Source: a virus (Duplodnaviria; Caudoviricetes). Taken from it: 37,249 nucleotides of DNA. The translations under genes and the position numbers were made by a program. Below the pieces are notes generated by a model. It was not told the DNA's origin, searched no databases, and saw only the letters and a program-made list of their open reading frames with translations. The DNA lies in the IMG/VR virus record IMGVR_UViG_3300020045_004061, positions 1-37,249 of that record. One strand, written 5' to 3'. Shown in pieces: positions 36,854-37,249 of the stretch (position 1 is its first letter; each line of letters opens with the position of its first letter).

Positions 36854-36986
36854 ACATAACAGCAATTATGCGGGATTTTCGGCTTAGTTATTAATTTAAT
36901 TAATTTTTTGTGTTTGTGAATATTAGTTTTTATCTGATAAGTTAGGCTTTTTAAGTCCCTAACTAGAGTTATGCTCAACGTTACTC
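36854..36986 (+). repeat. attC-like element D (133 bp, poorly paired arms)
   Basis: ACATAAC-A-GCA ... TGC-TCAAC-GTTACTC; same length and end boxes as A and B. Confidence 0.55.
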
Positions 36987-37214
36987 TTCAAATGATTCAT
37001 AATGTTTTTTCTCTACCGCCTCAAACAGCAACTGCCTATCGATTATTTCTAATATTTTATAAAAATGATCTTCTGGTATTGGATTGTCTAATTTAGAATT
37101 AAACCATCTTTGCCTAACTTGCCCGAACGATGTTTTAGTTTTATTTGCAATAACTTTTAATATTGCTGTCTTATGCTTCATTAAAGCATATTTTTCTGTG
37201 ATTTGTTTTTTCAT
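36981..37214 (-). CDS. Hypothetical protein, possible HTH (possible cassette 5)
   Basis: Stop TAA lies on the GTTA box of element D. Confidence 0.65.
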   Translation of the reverse strand: MKKQITEKYALMKHKTAILKVIANKTKTSFGQVRQRWFNSKLDNPIPEDHFYKILEIIDRQLLFEAVEKKHYESFEE

Positions 37215-37249
37215 TATTTTAATAAGTTTGGGTGTTCGTGAATGTTTCC

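Larger units (their letters stand above)
35029..36986 (+). mobile_element. Integron-like cassette array without integrase (cassettes 35029-35313, 35314-36104, 36105-36577, 36578-36980)
   Basis: Four attC-like elements; each cassette's first bases are the reverse complement of its own TAAC box (15/17, 13/14, 9/9, 8/9). Confidence 0.8.
1..37249. mobile_element. Tailed dsDNA phage (siphovirus-like, HK97-fold capsid) genome segment, probable Bacteroidota host
   Basis: TerS/TerL, portal, prohead protease, capsid, tape measure, tail and lysis genes present; no host housekeeping genes; repeated TAnnTTTG promoter motifs. Confidence 0.93.

Noticed and set aside
34994-36887. + strand ORFs 34994-35269 and 36528-36887 as sense-oriented cassette genes
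   Set aside because: They cross cassette boundaries and shadow minus-strand genes whose stops align with the boundaries
35029-36986. CRISPR array or simple terminators
   Set aside because: Elements differ in sequence, are ~133 bp, are separated by whole genes, and have long loops without the usual terminator form

Overview
AT-rich, gene-dense tailed-phage sequence, probably most of a ~37+ kb genome. TAnnTTTG promoter motifs and the protein families suggest a Bacteroidota (Flavobacteria-like) host. Order on the + strand: small early genes, DNA metabolism (DnaA-domain-IV-like HTH, SSB-like, VRR-NUC, replication initiator with internal repeats, putative annealing protein plus YqaJ-like exonuclease, YopX), packaging (TerS, TerL), head, tail and lysis. 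No integrase, repressor, tRNA or CRISPR was recognised. Three features stand out. (1) 35.0-37.0 kb is an integron-like cassette array: four 133-135 bp attC-like elements whose R-box pairing defines cassettes, with cargo genes antisense to the attC polarity, mostly starting inside the hairpin and stopping on the crossover triplet, and no integrase in view. (2) TerL carries a 301-aa intein whose HNH/zinc-finger endonuclease is encoded in a different, fully overlapping reading frame. (3) The portal gene is inverted and has its own divergent promoter motif. A kissing-loop RNA leader candidate precedes the replication genes. All calls come from reading motifs by eye; no searches were run.
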